64,000 bases of DNA, from assembly GCA_051942245.1 (NCBI GenBank), contig JAVECL010000002.1, positions 124,001-188,000 on the forward strand, in the 5' to 3' direction. Below, piece after piece: positions 1 through 13,725 of the stretch. The notes beneath the pieces were generated by a model. It made no database searches. It worked only from the letters and a program-made list of their open reading frames with translations, and was not told where the DNA came from. Positions within the stretch are counted from its first letter, which is position 1. The number at the start of each line of letters is the position of its first letter. Source of the stretch: Trypethelium eluteriae (lineage: Eukaryota). Made by a program: the position numbers and the translations under genes.

Positions 1-409
1 AATATTATGCACTGCTTGAACTTGAGAATACCGAACGCAGAACTTGGTTATCGATACGTAAGCTTGATTAATAGCCTTCACAAGTACTTGGTGACTTTTC
101 TGGATAGGTTGGAAACTTGAAGAAAACCACAACCACTGCCCTATATGTTATCATGGACCGCTCTGCAAACATGATACCCATGATCTGCCAAGTTTACCTG
201 TGGTTGATTTTCATACTTCACAGTAATCTTATCCCAAATCTTGGGAAATGAAGAAAATGCATAACGTAGCTGTTTTCCGTTATGAATCATTAAACTACCT
301 ACTGATACCAACTTTAAGCTTCCGGCATCACGTAGTTCCCTTTTTCCGTCTTTCTCATATACAATTGTGAGTGGCAAAGACTTTCCTCACGCTTTTAGGC
401 CTTAAGATT

Positions 410-3400
410 CTACCCCGTACCCCACTCCCTCTCTGCTCCTTCCCCTGGCCTGCCGAAAGCGCCGCTAACAGAGCTCCGCCAGTTTCCTCCACCTTCTACC
501 ACACTCCTCCTTCTCTCGGTAACGACTTCTTCTCGCTCCCCTATGACTCGCTCCCTCAGCTGTTTGATTACTCGCAGCCGTGCACGCCATGATGACACAT
601 ACGTATCAGTATTATTTCCCGAGGGATCGCGGGTGGTCCAGACGCTCGAGAGTACACTCGCATTCAGGGCGAGGAGACGAATAAATGAAGGAAGGGCGGC
701 ACCAGAGACAATCTTGGTTTCAGTCGCCGGAGAAGTAGCTGGGAAGCCAGATTTGGTAAGCACCTGCACCTTGTAGGAGAGGCTTACGCTGATGTCGGGG
801 TCGAGGTGGTCGGCATTGGAAAAGTGTACTGAGTGGCGAAATGACGTATGCGCTTCTGGGGTAATGACAATGTACACTGTTGTGAGCTGGGAAGGAATAG
901 TGGATTCGGGATGGAAGCGACGACCTGAAGCGTTCCAGATAATGTTAACGAAATCATTCCCGACATGCATTTTTTTCTGGTAGTGCCGTGGGTCATCCAG
1001 GGGATAGTTGGGCATGAGGGTAGTGACATGGTATATAATTTCGGTGACGCGATCGCGCCAGCAGTAAGTGTAAATACCATCTGTGTCAGTACTACGATCT
1101 AAGCCGTGCATATTCAGTGTGCTGCCGCGAAGACGAGTAAGGGTGCCTAGGCCATTGAGGAATGCGTTGTAGTCAGCTGCGCCGCCGGTGTTTGCAAGAA
1201 TATCTCTCTCTGCAGTTTGACCTACGTCCATATATATAACGCCAATCTTGTGGCTGTCGAGAGCAGGAATGCGATCGAATGTGCTGAGCGCACGGTTGAT
1301 GTATTCTTCGTCCTGCAGTAGAATCGGCTGCCCGGCGGTGGATCCATGGGATAGCATACTTATTGGTGCGTAGAACTCCTGCATGACATCTTCAGGATAG
1401 ATGCCGACAAAATCCGAAGTGTGGTAGATCTCCGCTCTTACGCCAAGTGCGAGTGGAACTTGATGCTGTGGAGGATCGATAAGGTGGGGCTTATACAACG
1501 AATATCTTGTGTACGAAGGACGACGGCGAGTGATCTGTGACAAGCCCGATCTACCGGCAGTATCGATCGTGAGCAGACTATTGCCAATGAGCCAGGTCCG
1601 CTTTGAGATTTGCCCGTCGCTTTCTTTAGCGAAGCCCAGGTCTGGAGCAGTTTCGTCACGGTCGGAATATGCTACTCGCTCAATCATATCCATTGTGACT
1701 TCCCCTTGTTCCTCCACTGTAGTTTTTCCCCATTGGTTAGTATACGACAGATTCGCCATGATATATGGTACATGCTTCGGTCGATCTTGGATTTTCATGG
1801 ACATGAACCAAAAGGTGATCACGTGAAATGCCAATGCATGGACGTATTGAGGAAGGTCATCGGACGAATTTTTGTGATGGTCGTCATGCTCAGAAATGGT
1901 AGCGAAGTCTCTGGAAGCTCCACTGTGACGGAGGGTAGACACTTGACTCACCCTGACGGGCGTCTGTGGTGTTGTAGTTCTTTCTCGCTGATCGCGTACT
2001 GACTGCAAATACCGAAAACATATGCCTAAAACCATCTTGTAATCCTCGTCACGGAAGTTTCTGAAGAGATCTGGTAGACGGGCTACGGCAGCAAGAAACT
2101 CCAAGACATGTACCGCAATATTGGATTGAGTAATGATCTGCGTCATCTTGTGAAGTATTTGGTCCATGGATTTGACAACGGATCCTGGCATCTCGTGGCA
2201 GCAAACAGACAATGCATGGATGCAGTCTCTTGCCGTACGCTCACGCGCCCCGATGCCAAGTATGAACATCTTGACGATTTCGTCTTGCTCGTTCTTGCTA
2301 AAGTTGTCATGATAGCTGATTAACATGGTCAGTATATGGAAAATACAGATTGCTACATCAGATTTCTTTAGTCCGGTGTAGCTAGGTGGTTCGTGGAAAG
2401 TCTGATTGCGTACTTGTTCGCAGATGACATTGCGTAGATGCTTAATTTGTGGTAAAGTCTCTCGGAATAGCGGTCGATTGGTAAGTTGAGCGCCGACATG
2501 GACAATAACGTAACTGTAGACCTCCCAATCGGCGCCTTGCTGCAAGGTCGAGATGACAAGTTCCATTAGGCGCCCAATTTCCAGAACTTCGCAGTAATCT
2601 GCATCGAACCCATTTTCCCGACTAAGACTTGAGAAAAGGATCGGGCTTGGTTCTGCAGGTGGCTCTTGAGGTAGACCTTCGGGGCCGAGATACGTCCACG
2701 CAGGTCTCAATGCATGAACGGCTGATGCGACTGAAGATCGTCTCGCAAGTTTTGACTTTGAGGAGGTCCCAATGCCAGATGCTCTTCTGGGCATAGCTGC
2801 ATGACCAATTTCTTCAAGAATCTGCGATGCTCTCTGTGTTGCTTCTTCATCCGAGGACTTCAGGGTGGCTACTGTGTCAACAGTACGACAAAGCGAGACA
2901 GCGAGGTGTTCACTTTCAGCAGAAGTATTGACGACAATGTGGTGACTTGCATCGCTTCTGATTCGAAACAACAACTTCAAGGCTGCTAAACGAGCATCTG
3001 GCTCACAGTCTGCATGCCTGGCGATCCTGAGGAGGAGCGCATACAGACCCTTAGCTCGTCCAGCCAAGCGATTCAGATGCAGTAGAAACATTCGCACCAC
3101 ACATTCAGTATTGGTTTTACCAAGAGGGTTCGGAAATTGGGGTCCGCTTGTAAAGGCCGGCGACCCTGGCAGAGGCGGGATATAGGATGAAGATCGTTGC
3201 GGAATAATCGACGCTTCCAAGATCTGAAGTATGGTCTGGAAGATGACGTCGGTCGCACGCTCGGCAACTGATATCGTAATGTCGAGTAGTGCTTCCTGTA
3301 CAACAAGGTCTGACTCTTCGATGATATTCTCGATGACCAGCCTTGCAAATTGACTGGTTGTTTCAGAAGCAGCAACGGCCTCGATAGTGCTATATGCCTT

Positions 3401-5230
3401 GCCCAAAGTCCGGACTGTACGAAGTCGAACATCATTTGGCACGCTCCGGTCTTTGAGGATGATTTCAACGAGTTTCTTAGTATCATTAAACCAATTCTCG
3501 CGAGAAGGGGAGAGTAGGGTCTCGTCCGAAAAGTAATCTGCAATGAATCTGGAAGCTTCTGCACTGAAGTGCGCGCAATCTGAACGGAGAAACACGTCGA
3601 CGATATTGCTCTCTATTGGCGCATCCACATGAGCCGAGAGCATAAGCAGAGAAGCAACGGCTCGTTCGTAAGGATTTGAGGTACCCGATAGGGGATCATC
3701 GAGTTTTCCAAGGTCTGCGGTCACTGAGCTGTGGGGAGAGGAGTAGCGTTCAGAAGATGCTGTTCCCCTGGTCTTGGCACGTAGTCTAGAGCTATGGTTA
3801 CTAAGACAGGCTTCGACGACCGAGAGCAGATCATTGAGGTCCTGCTCTTCGACAAGGACATCTAGAATGGTGGGATGATTGATAAGGTCGATGGCGAAAG
3901 TCAGTACGTCGGCTTCAAGACGATCAACTTTGCTGCTTTTTTGAAAGGCTAGGCAGGACCTAAGCGAACGAAGGACCGAAGCAAGTGGGACCGCCGGAAA
4001 CGCAGATTCGCTCTCGGAGAGTATAGCTCTATGTAGCACGAAGATGGCACCCCGAAGGGAGGTGATCCCAACATTTGATTGGGGACTTTGCTGAATGAGT
4101 GCAAGAAGAGCCGCTGTCACTGCATGGCCGAGATGTGACCGAAGTACGCTTCTGATCACGCTGTATGCGGCATCACGGAGTTCTGCGAGCTGATGTATGA
4201 TATCGCATAGCACCTCTAAGCAACTGCTCAAGACTGGAATTGAGACGTAAAAGCGAGTCATCAAGACAGTCATGAGCTCGAGGGAATGAGTAATGTCGGT
4301 CTTGGTTCGAGTTCGTTTGCAAATATTCAGTAAAGTCGTTAGGAGCGCACTGACATCGTCGTCCAGGAAACTCTTGGCATTGTATTTTGTAATCTCCATG
4401 ACGTATCTCACCAGCGAGTAAAGGGTCTTTTCCTCGATAAGTGGTACTTGCGTGATCGGGGCACGTTTGCCGTCTTTGAGCGCCTGAGACTTCTTGGATA
4501 GCTTCCGTTCTTCACGCTCAGCCAACGACTTTTCGAAAGAGGACTTTAGCATCAATGCCAGCTGAGATGGAAGCAAATTTTCTACTCCTTCAATATTCCT
4601 ACCCTGCTCGGTCAAAGACTCGAGAATGTGAAGGCAACGATCCAGGTTTGCTGCAGTCAGCGGCGTTGATATTGAACTGTAAAAGTACCATCTCTCGTAA
4701 CCCGTCAAGTCAGACCTGTTGAGACAGGCTTCGAGAAGGTCGTATCCAGCTTGGGATTCTTTCCCTGATTTTCCTTCTTCAATGAGATCCTTCCCACTAT
4801 CCCATATGCTCAGAACGTTTTGAATAGGGTATTCTCGCAAGATGAGGGTAATTTCCTTGGCAGATCCAACACGAGTCTGTTCGGGCTGATCAGGACCGAG
4901 ATGGTGTAAAAGCCTGTGCAATCTTGGGGGCCCTCCTAGCACCTTGCCGATAGAAATGTCGATATCTTCGGCGAGATTAGTGCTCTCTTCCTCTTGTCTG
5001 GAGTGCGCCTCGTTTGCATCGCTTGTTTGACTTTGCCTTTTCTTTGGTCTTAGGTTTTCTATGCTCGACATCTCACCTGGAGAGTGTGCCAAGGTTGCAA
5101 CGGATGATGCCGACGTTGGGCTTGCATTTTGCAGCCGGCTGCTTGTGAGAGTTCTGAAGGCATCGAGAAGAGCGGACGAAGAGGATTTACGCTCGGGAGT
5201 TTGGGTAGCATCGCTGTCGGATCGAGACAT
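410..5230 (-). CDS. TSC2: Tuberin (TSC2), Rheb GTPase-activating protein; single long ORF
   Basis: 1606-aa uninterrupted ORF. Helical N-terminus, tuberin-like middle (DWEVYSYVIVH..QL.N; CIHALSVCCHEMP) and C-terminal Rap/Ran-GAP domain (DSHKIGVIY, IIYHVTTLMP, KKMHVGNDFVNIIWN). Confidence 0.95.
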   Translation of the reverse strand: MSRSDSDATQTPERKSSSSALLDAFRTLTSSRLQNASPTSASSVATLAHSPGEMSSIENLRPKKRQSQTSDANEAHSRQEEESTNLAEDIDISIGKVLGGPPRLHRLLHHLGPDQPEQTRVGSAKEITLILREYPIQNVLSIWDSGKDLIEEGKSGKESQAGYDLLEACLNRSDLTGYERWYFYSSISTPLTAANLDRCLHILESLTEQGRNIEGVENLLPSQLALMLKSSFEKSLAEREERKLSKKSQALKDGKRAPITQVPLIEEKTLYSLVRYVMEITKYNAKSFLDDDVSALLTTLLNICKRTRTKTDITHSLELMTVLMTRFYVSIPVLSSCLEVLCDIIHQLAELRDAAYSVIRSVLRSHLGHAVTAALLALIQQSPQSNVGITSLRGAIFVLHRAILSESESAFPAVPLASVLRSLRSCLAFQKSSKVDRLEADVLTFAIDLINHPTILDVLVEEQDLNDLLSVVEACLSNHSSRLRAKTRGTASSERYSSPHSSVTADLGKLDDPLSGTSNPYERAVASLLMLSAHVDAPIESNIVDVFLRSDCAHFSAEASRFIADYFSDETLLSPSRENWFNDTKKLVEIILKDRSVPNDVRLRTVRTLGKAYSTIEAVAASETTSQFARLVIENIIEESDLVVQEALLDITISVAERATDVIFQTILQILEASIIPQRSSSYIPPLPGSPAFTSGPQFPNPLGKTNTECVVRMFLLHLNRLAGRAKGLYALLLRIARHADCEPDARLAALKLLFRIRSDASHHIVVNTSAESEHLAVSLCRTVDTVATLKSSDEEATQRASQILEEIGHAAMPRRASGIGTSSKSKLARRSSVASAVHALRPAWTYLGPEGLPQEPPAEPSPILFSSLSRENGFDADYCEVLEIGRLMELVISTLQQGADWEVYSYVIVHVGAQLTNRPLFRETLPQIKHLRNVICEQVRNQTFHEPPSYTGLKKSDVAICIFHILTMLISYHDNFSKNEQDEIVKMFILGIGARERTARDCIHALSVCCHEMPGSVVKSMDQILHKMTQIITQSNIAVHVLEFLAAVARLPDLFRNFRDEDYKMVLGICFRYLQSVRDQRERTTTPQTPVRVSQVSTLRHSGASRDFATISEHDDHHKNSSDDLPQYVHALAFHVITFWFMSMKIQDRPKHVPYIMANLSYTNQWGKTTVEEQGEVTMDMIERVAYSDRDETAPDLGFAKESDGQISKRTWLIGNSLLTIDTAGRSGLSQITRRRPSYTRYSLYKPHLIDPPQHQVPLALGVRAEIYHTSDFVGIYPEDVMQEFYAPISMLSHGSTAGQPILLQDEEYINRALSTFDRIPALDSHKIGVIYMDVGQTAERDILANTGGAADYNAFLNGLGTLTRLRGSTLNMHGLDRSTDTDGIYTYCWRDRVTEIIYHVTTLMPNYPLDDPRHYQKKMHVGNDFVNIIWNASGRRFHPESTIPSQLTTVYIVITPEAHTSFRHSVHFSNADHLDPDISVSLSYKVQVLTKSGFPATSPATETKIVSGAALPSFIRLLALNASVLSSVWTTRDPSGNNTDTYVSSWRARLRVIKQLRERVIGEREEVVTERRRSVVEGGGNWRSSVSGAFGRPGEGAEREWGTG

Positions 5231-6358
5231 GCGTCATAAAGGAAGTCATTCGATCGAGACGCTGGTGTTCTATAGGCTTTTGGCATGAGCAAAGTACGAG
5301 TAAGACTTTTCGAGGCAGTTGGCTTTCAGTCTATTACTATCACTACCTGTCATGGTGGTGTATAGAAGGTAAACACAACAACACGGTCAAGCGACTATGA
5401 CAATACGATGGGGAGGGAGAAATAGACAGCACCGACAGCAAGTCGGATCTTGGAAGCGTACCTGTCTCTCTAAACCCACAGGTGCCCATCTAATGACAGG
5501 GCCGTCACCCGAGGGCGCGGTTCAAGTCAGCCCAGCGGTCCTGGACGCGAATTCCGTCCCGAACCAGAGTCGTCATCTGATGGGAAGTACTACCATGGAA
5601 GGGGTCCCAAGGGTTGGATGACACGTTCACATGACTCTATGACCTGACGACTTGGCTACAGGACGAGGTCGATCCCTAATGGATGGCAATGAGATGGTTG
5701 ACGGAAAGGGGGGTTTCGAGCCGAGCGAGCAGATAGAAGCAAGAGAGTAAACGATTGAGCGTGCCCCTTTGATGCTTTGTCGAGTTGCGTCGGCACCCGT
5801 CACCACGGAGGACTCGGAGCACTAGAGCAAGCTCATGGATGAGCTTGGTAAGATCTTCATGGAGAGGAGACAGTGCCCACGGTGCCCGTGTCCTAAGAGT
5901 GCGAGGTGTGGCGAAAAAGACCCCCTGCTAGCGCTGCCGCCAAACGTGGGGTAAGTGTTCCGTAACTATTTAGTACGCACCTACGGTAGAGCTAGTCATT
6001 CCACCGCACTTACTAGGCACGGAGTACACCAAGTAACTTAGCTACCGTACTGAGTAAATCGAATCCTTAGTACGCCGTATCGCACATACGTAGGTACTGG
6101 TACCTAATTACCTAAAGCACCCAAGCGTGCTCGGCGTGCTAAGGCACCTACTACCTTAGTTGCTGCAGTCACAGCACGTCGCTGCATCCTTTCAAGCTCC
6201 CAAATTTTTATTGTGTCATTACGTACCTCAGTTTGTTCCACCTTCTTGACGCGCTGTCGGCTTGGTGATTGGACGAGCTCGCCGACTCGCGACATCGTCA
6301 TCCACCCTTCTCAGATTCCCTTCCGCTCCGCGCCTCGCCTACAGTGCTTGCGCCGGTC

Positions 6359-9300
6359 ATGACTGCCGATATACAGCAGGTAGCCCAGCTTCTGCAAGCC
6401 AGCCTTGACCCGCGGCAGAGCAGAGATGGTAAACAAACCCGTCAGTTCAGCCATGTGTTCCTATCGCTAATGAACGTAACGCAGCCGAAGTTGCTCTGAG
6501 GCAAGCAGAAAGGCAGCCCAAATTTAGCATTACCCTCCTTCAAGTCGTCGCCTCCGATTCCCACCCTCAGACCACCCGCTTAGCCAGTGCTCTATTCTTC
6601 AAAAATTTCGTCAGACGTAACTGGACCGTGAGCCACCTAGCTCCTTCGTGCGCAGCTGCACACTCACAAAACATTTCACAGGACGCCGAAGGAGCGCATA
6701 AGCTACCCCAAGATGAAGTCGGCTTAATCAAGCAACAGCTTGTTGGGCTTATGATAACCGTACCCCCAACAATACAAGCGCAACTCGGCGACGCTGTGAG
6801 CGTCATTGCAGACAGCGACTTTTGGGAGCGCTGGGACACGCTAGTTGATGTGTGTATATCGCATGAATCTCATCGTGGTTATCGGGCTGACTGCTCAACT
6901 AGGACCTGGTATCACGACTAAGTCAAGATGATCCGATAGTGAACAATGGCGTGCTTCAAGTTGCACATTCGATATTTCGGAGATGGCGCCCATTGTTCAG
7001 GTCCGATGCGCTCTTTACAGAGATCAACCACGTGCTATCGAAATTCAGCAAGCCGTTCCTGATCCTGCTTCAGGTAAGTCGAGGCTGTACAGAGTACTTG
7101 ATATCCCGCTGACGAAGAAGAACATTGATACAGCAATTTCTGATAAGCAACACGATGCGACAAGCCTTAAGCAGTGGACGAGAACCCTTGGCCTTTCCAT
7201 GCAACTCTTCTACGACCTTTCATGCCAAGACCTTCCACCCGACTTTGAAGAAAACCTCTCAGCGATAACTGGACTGCTACAAAAATACATAATCTATGAT
7301 AATCCAATTCTGCACACTGATGACGATGCGGAGTCTGGACCCTTGGAGTCCCTCAAAGCGGACATTTTCGAAGCTCTAGTCCTCTACGTTCAGAAATACG
7401 GTGATGCCTTCGATCCATTACTGCAACCGTTCATCAGTAGTTCGTGGAATCTTTTGACGACTATTGGCGCTGAGACAAGATATGACCTCCTCGTTAGCCG
7501 CGCTTTGCAGTTCTTGACCTCTGTCGCATCAAATCGGCAGCACGCGGAGAGCTTCAACAATGAAGCTGTCTTGGGAGACGTGGTCGAGAAAGTCATCATT
7601 CCAAATCTCACCCTTCGCGATGCTGACGTTGAACTTTTCGAGGACGATCCTATTGAATTCATTCGACGCGATCTCGAAGGAGCCGATAGCGATACCAGAC
7701 GCCGAGCAACTACTGACTTTCTGAGAACCCTCATGCAACATTTTGAACCACTCGTAACAACAGTTGTGTCCCGATACATTAATCACTTCCTGGCAGAGTA
7801 CGCAAAAGATGGGAAGAGCAACTGGAAAGCCAAGGACACGGCTGTCTATCTCTTCACTGCTATTGCAGCAAAAGGTGCTGCTACCTCTTCTCAGGGTGTG
7901 ACCAACACAAATTCGTATGTACATATGCTTGGATTTGGCAGAATTGAGTAGGGCACTGACGTCGCACCAGATTTGTCAATATCGTAGAGTTCTTTCAGAG
8001 CAATGAGGCTGCCGACTTGACTTCCGACGAAATCGAGCCACTGCTCAAGGTGGACGCAATAAAATTTCTGTACATATTCCGGAGCCAAATGTCCAGACCT
8101 ATCTGGCAGTCAGCTTTCCCGCTTCTTGTTAAGCACCTCGGTGCTTCGAATCACGTCGTCTATACATACGCAGCTATCGCTATCGAGCGCATCCTTTCGC
8201 TGACAAATGCCGCAGGCCAGACGATGATCGCGCAGGAAGACGTGGTTCCCCTGGCCAAGGAACTTTTGCAGCAGCTTTTCAAGCTCATCACCAGGGATTC
8301 TGCTCCAGAAAAAATCCAGGAAAATGAGTTCCTTATGCGCTGTGTAATGAGGGTCCTCCTGACCATTCGCGATAAGGTACGGGTAATTTCGGACATGGTC
8401 TTGAAGAACTTTGTGGCCATTACCATGGTCATTCGCCATAATCCAAGCAATCCACGCTTCTACTACTATCATTTTGAAGGAATCGGTGCGCTTATTCGAT
8501 TCGCTGCTCCTGCAGATCCCGAGACATTTGAAAGTGTACTCTACAATCCCTTTGGCGACATTCTTCGCTCTGGCGTGGAAGAGTTTATGCCTTATGTCTT
8601 CCAACTGTTTGCTGCTCTGCTAGAAGCCAACCCTTCTGGCGCATTGCCAGACACTTACAAGGGGCTACTCGGACCGCTTCTAACGCCCACGTTGTGGGAA
8701 CAACGTGGAAATATTCCTGCGCTCGTCCGTCTTTTGTCATCGATTGTACCTCGCGGCACAGACGAGATTCTGAAAAATAATCAAATTGAACCGATCCTTG
8801 GAATCTTTCAGCTTCTAATTGCGTCGAAGGTTAATGATGTACATGGCTTCGACTTACTCGAGATCATTCTGTCCTCATTTCAGACTTCGGCATTACAAAA
8901 TTACTATACCCAGATCGTATCCCTCATGTTGACCCGCCTTTCCAATTCCAAAACCGAGTCCTTTACCCTCCGCTTCATACGCTTCTACTATTTCGTCGCT
9001 GCCCATGACAAAAAAGGCCTTGGCGCGGATTTCTTTATCAACATTACTGACCAAGTCCAACAAAAGTAAGCCCTCCATGTCTCCTAGATGACGCGACAAT
9101 TATCACACTAATCCGCAAACTTCACTAGTGTCTTCACCCCCATTTATACACAAATCATCATCCCAGACACCCAAAAACTCACCCGCCCCGTCGATCGTAA
9201 GACTGCTGTCATTGCTCTGACCAAGACGCTCTCTGACTCAAACTCCTTTGTCGATCGCTATGGCAAACGCGGCTGGGCTCTGACTTGTGAGGCGCTTCTC

Positions 9301-9573
9301 AAATTGCTCGTTAATCCGCCCCTGCCGTCTCAGACCTCGGATGACGTTATTCCCGACGCAGACGTGGAGGATATTGGCTTTGGGGTGGGATATACGCCGC
9401 TGTCAACATGTCGAAGGCCTGTCCGGGATCCATTTCCAGAAGTCCAGGATGTGAAGGGGTGGGTAGGGAGTTATTTGAAGGGGGCAGATGAGAGGCATGC
9501 AGGACGAGTCGGGCGGTTTGTGCAGGATAGGTTGACACCAGAGGGGAAGGAGGCGTTGATGGCGGTTATGTAA
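6359..9573 (+). CDS. CSE1: Importin-alpha re-exporter / exportin-2 (Cse1), 7 exons
   Basis: ATG at 6359 (MTADIQQVAQLL). Spliced exons give RLASALFFKNFVRRNW, IQAQLGDAVSVIADSDFWERWDTL, ELFEDDPIEFIRRDLEGADSDTRRRA, QENEFLMRCVMR and NPSNPRFYYYHFE; GT-AG introns lie between them; stop at 9571-9573. Confidence 0.95.
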
Positions 9574-10353
9574 AGATAAAGTCTCAAGGTGATGGCACGC
9601 TTTGGCATGTCGAGGATGACCCCAGGTAGAGAAGGCCTGGGTCAGGCGTTGTTGCTTAAACAGCATCTGACATTCAGCCTTAGGCAATAACTAGGTAGTG
9701 ATATAAGTCCGTAGTCAGCATCAACCCGTAGATAGAATAATGAACAGACCCATCGCAAACAGTAGCTTTCGGACTCCTACGTTTGCTCTGTCTCCCTCAT
9801 GCTAATGTAGACATCCTTCTCACTTCAAAGTGGGCGTCACTGAGAGAAAGAGAGATGATATTTTACGGTATTATCCACAACATTGTCTTATGTAAGGTCA
9901 GAAGTTTCTTCAGGTATGAATTTTTCCTTTGGCCATTTCATGCGTTACTATTCAAGTGGATCTCTCGTAGATCAGATTCAACACAATTTTGACGATGATC
10001 GTGGACTGGAATTGCGGCAAGACGTCAGCCTTGACCGATCTCGCTTCTCTTCTGTCTACAACTTCTCGGCGCGCTGACCTCTGTATCATCATTCTCTGAA
10101 TTAAGCCGGAATTTCTAGAACTAGAACGAAATGCTTTGCCTTGATGCGCAAGGTCTTTGGATTCCTAGAAATAGATTACGACATCATTCTATGTTTCTGG
10201 GCAACTGTCGATGGGAGAATGTCTTTCGCAGAGGTCTGTCGAACCCACCAGATCGATGTCTAGGTAGGTAGTGTTCCTCCCATGCGCTCCCCAACGCCGC
10301 CTGTATGCAAACAACAATATCCCACGAGCTCCGAATACCGGTCCATAGAAATT

Positions 10354-11007
10354 TCATTCGCTTCTTTGCGTTCTCTCGAGTAGCTTCTCAATAAGTTCAT
10401 CTACAGCCTGCATGTCTCCGGCATCTACCTTTCGCTCTTCCATACCTTCTACCCTCAGTCCCTCCAGGAAAGCGTCCAAACCGACCTGAAAATTCCTTAT
10501 TTCCGCACTAAGCGCTCTCACTGCTCTTTTTCTTACTCCTACATCTTGATCTCTCAACGCGATGCCTATTAATATCGGCACAGCTCCCATCTCCAACGCT
10601 TTCTCCTGAGTGGGAAGATTGTTCTGCACAGCCGTCCTCACGCATGCGATCGCCATATTCCTCACCTCAGCATCTTCGCTGTTTAGCTGCTGCAATAGGG
10701 GCACCCACAGACCAAGGACAGACATGTTGTTTGCGTTATCGAGGTTCTCGATGAGCTGCTCGAAGTTGTCAAAAGCGGTGCGTCTGGCCGGCACGGGTGT
10801 GGAAGGCGACGTTATGACGACCATGGAGGATTTCATCAGCTCAGCATCGGAGGGGCCACCGAGGAGGGAGGCGAGAGCGGAAGGGTCAGGTCCACGGTTG
10901 GGGGTGTAGGTAGCTGCAGTGGAGGTGTTCTTGGTAGACGAGTCAGACTGGTTCGAGGAATTTTCGATGGACCATTTAAGGAGACTGTTGAGACCTGGGT
11001 CGTTCAT
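10354..11007 (-). CDS. FES1: Hsp70 nucleotide exchange factor Fes1 (armadillo-like)
   Basis: 217-aa ORF with MNDPGLNSLLKWSIENS, GGPSDAELMK, AFDNFEQLIENLDNANN, AVQNN and RKRAVRALS. Confidence 0.93.
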   Translation of the reverse strand: MNDPGLNSLLKWSIENSSNQSDSSTKNTSTAATYTPNRGPDPSALASLLGGPSDAELMKSSMVVITSPSTPVPARRTAFDNFEQLIENLDNANNMSVLGLWVPLLQQLNSEDAEVRNMAIACVRTAVQNNLPTQEKALEMGAVPILIGIALRDQDVGVRKRAVRALSAEIRNFQVGLDAFLEGLRVEGMEERKVDAGDMQAVDELIEKLLERTQRSE

Positions 11008-11250
11008 CTTGGAAATATGAGTTGAAAGGAGCTAGTTATAGTGGGAGATGGTTGGGCGGCTTTGCGAGAAGGCGATGGGACGGGAGGCGTGGAATATATG
11101 GTGGAAAGATGAGGCGTGGTAGACCTCCCTTTGAGAAGAATGCGATTAAAGAAGCAATATGATACGACGGATATTGTTGCGGCGATGGATGAGTTGAAGG
11201 CAGGAATTACAGGCCAAAACAACCCTTAAGTAGCAGTGTCCAAGCAAAAG

Positions 11251-11285
11251 CTTCTGGACTGTTCTTCGTGGTTCTGGGAGGTTCT
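11251..11285. promoter_or_regulatory. Candidate step-type heat shock element upstream of FES1
   Basis: TTC at 11252, 11262, 11272 and 11282 (exact 10-bp period), about 250 bp upstream of the FES1 ATG. Confidence 0.55.
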
Positions 11286-12205
11286 TAAGCAAGCACTCTG
11301 GTGATGCCTCACATTAGGAGCGCAGTCTGACTTTGAATTCTATGCGGAAGGCAACGGGACTTTAGGTATCTCACGGAAATGGATCATGCAAGTTCTACAT
11401 ATGTACCTTGTTGAAGTAATGCATGAGGGATGGAGGGACGAGTTGTGAAGTGAGGGAATGTTGTCTGTAGCTAGCGGCGTAGATTTCCATCCGCCCCGCC
11501 CCGCCACCCGAAGGCGCCACCAGATGCCCCGCAGGATCGCTCTCAAACCTTTTGTTGAGCGCAGGGGCCTCCAATCTTCACACCGCAAAAAGGAACATCT
11601 TGACTTTCGGTGTCGGCGGTGAGAATTTGGTATGGACTTGAGCAATCCATCCGTGCGCAGGAACATGCGTTCCGCTCTGCCGGTCTCGAGTGGTCATCGA
11701 TAGTCGTGTAGCCGTTATTCAGAAGGGAAAAGGTTTGCCTGCTTGGCATACCCAATGTCTACGTAAACATAGCCTGTGGTACGCGTAAACAATTCGACAT
11801 GATCGGTATCAGCTAGTAGACAGCCAGGTGTTACCCCCAGTGTTTAGGCGACAGCCATTCAAGAAAGGAATAGGCACGACTAAGCTTCTGTCTTGGTGGT
11901 GAGGGCTGAGCTTCCGGATAGTCGTGTCCGTGTCGGCGCAGCTATTCTGCAAGTCTAGTCCTAGTGTCTCGCTTTCTCATTTGGGCAAGCGCCGCGCGCA
12001 CTGTTGGAACATCTTTCTCCCCACGTCTCGCGAGCAACATCTTCTCCAGCCATTCGACCTCCGAACCCTCTTTACTCTCCCTTCTCGCTCGTCCTCTCTG
12101 TACCGAGACTTCTCGCCGTAACTTCCTGCTACATCTATCGTCGTCCTCACCTCTCAATAGAATCTCAGTACCCTCCATCTTTTCTTTCTCCAACAAGTTG
12201 TCGCT

Positions 12206-13725
<1,520 letters not shown>

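Noticed and set aside
543..5292. Many short antisense or alternate-frame ORFs overlapping TSC2 (and likewise other genes)
   Set aside because: Shadow ORFs of real coding sequence with no independent evidence.
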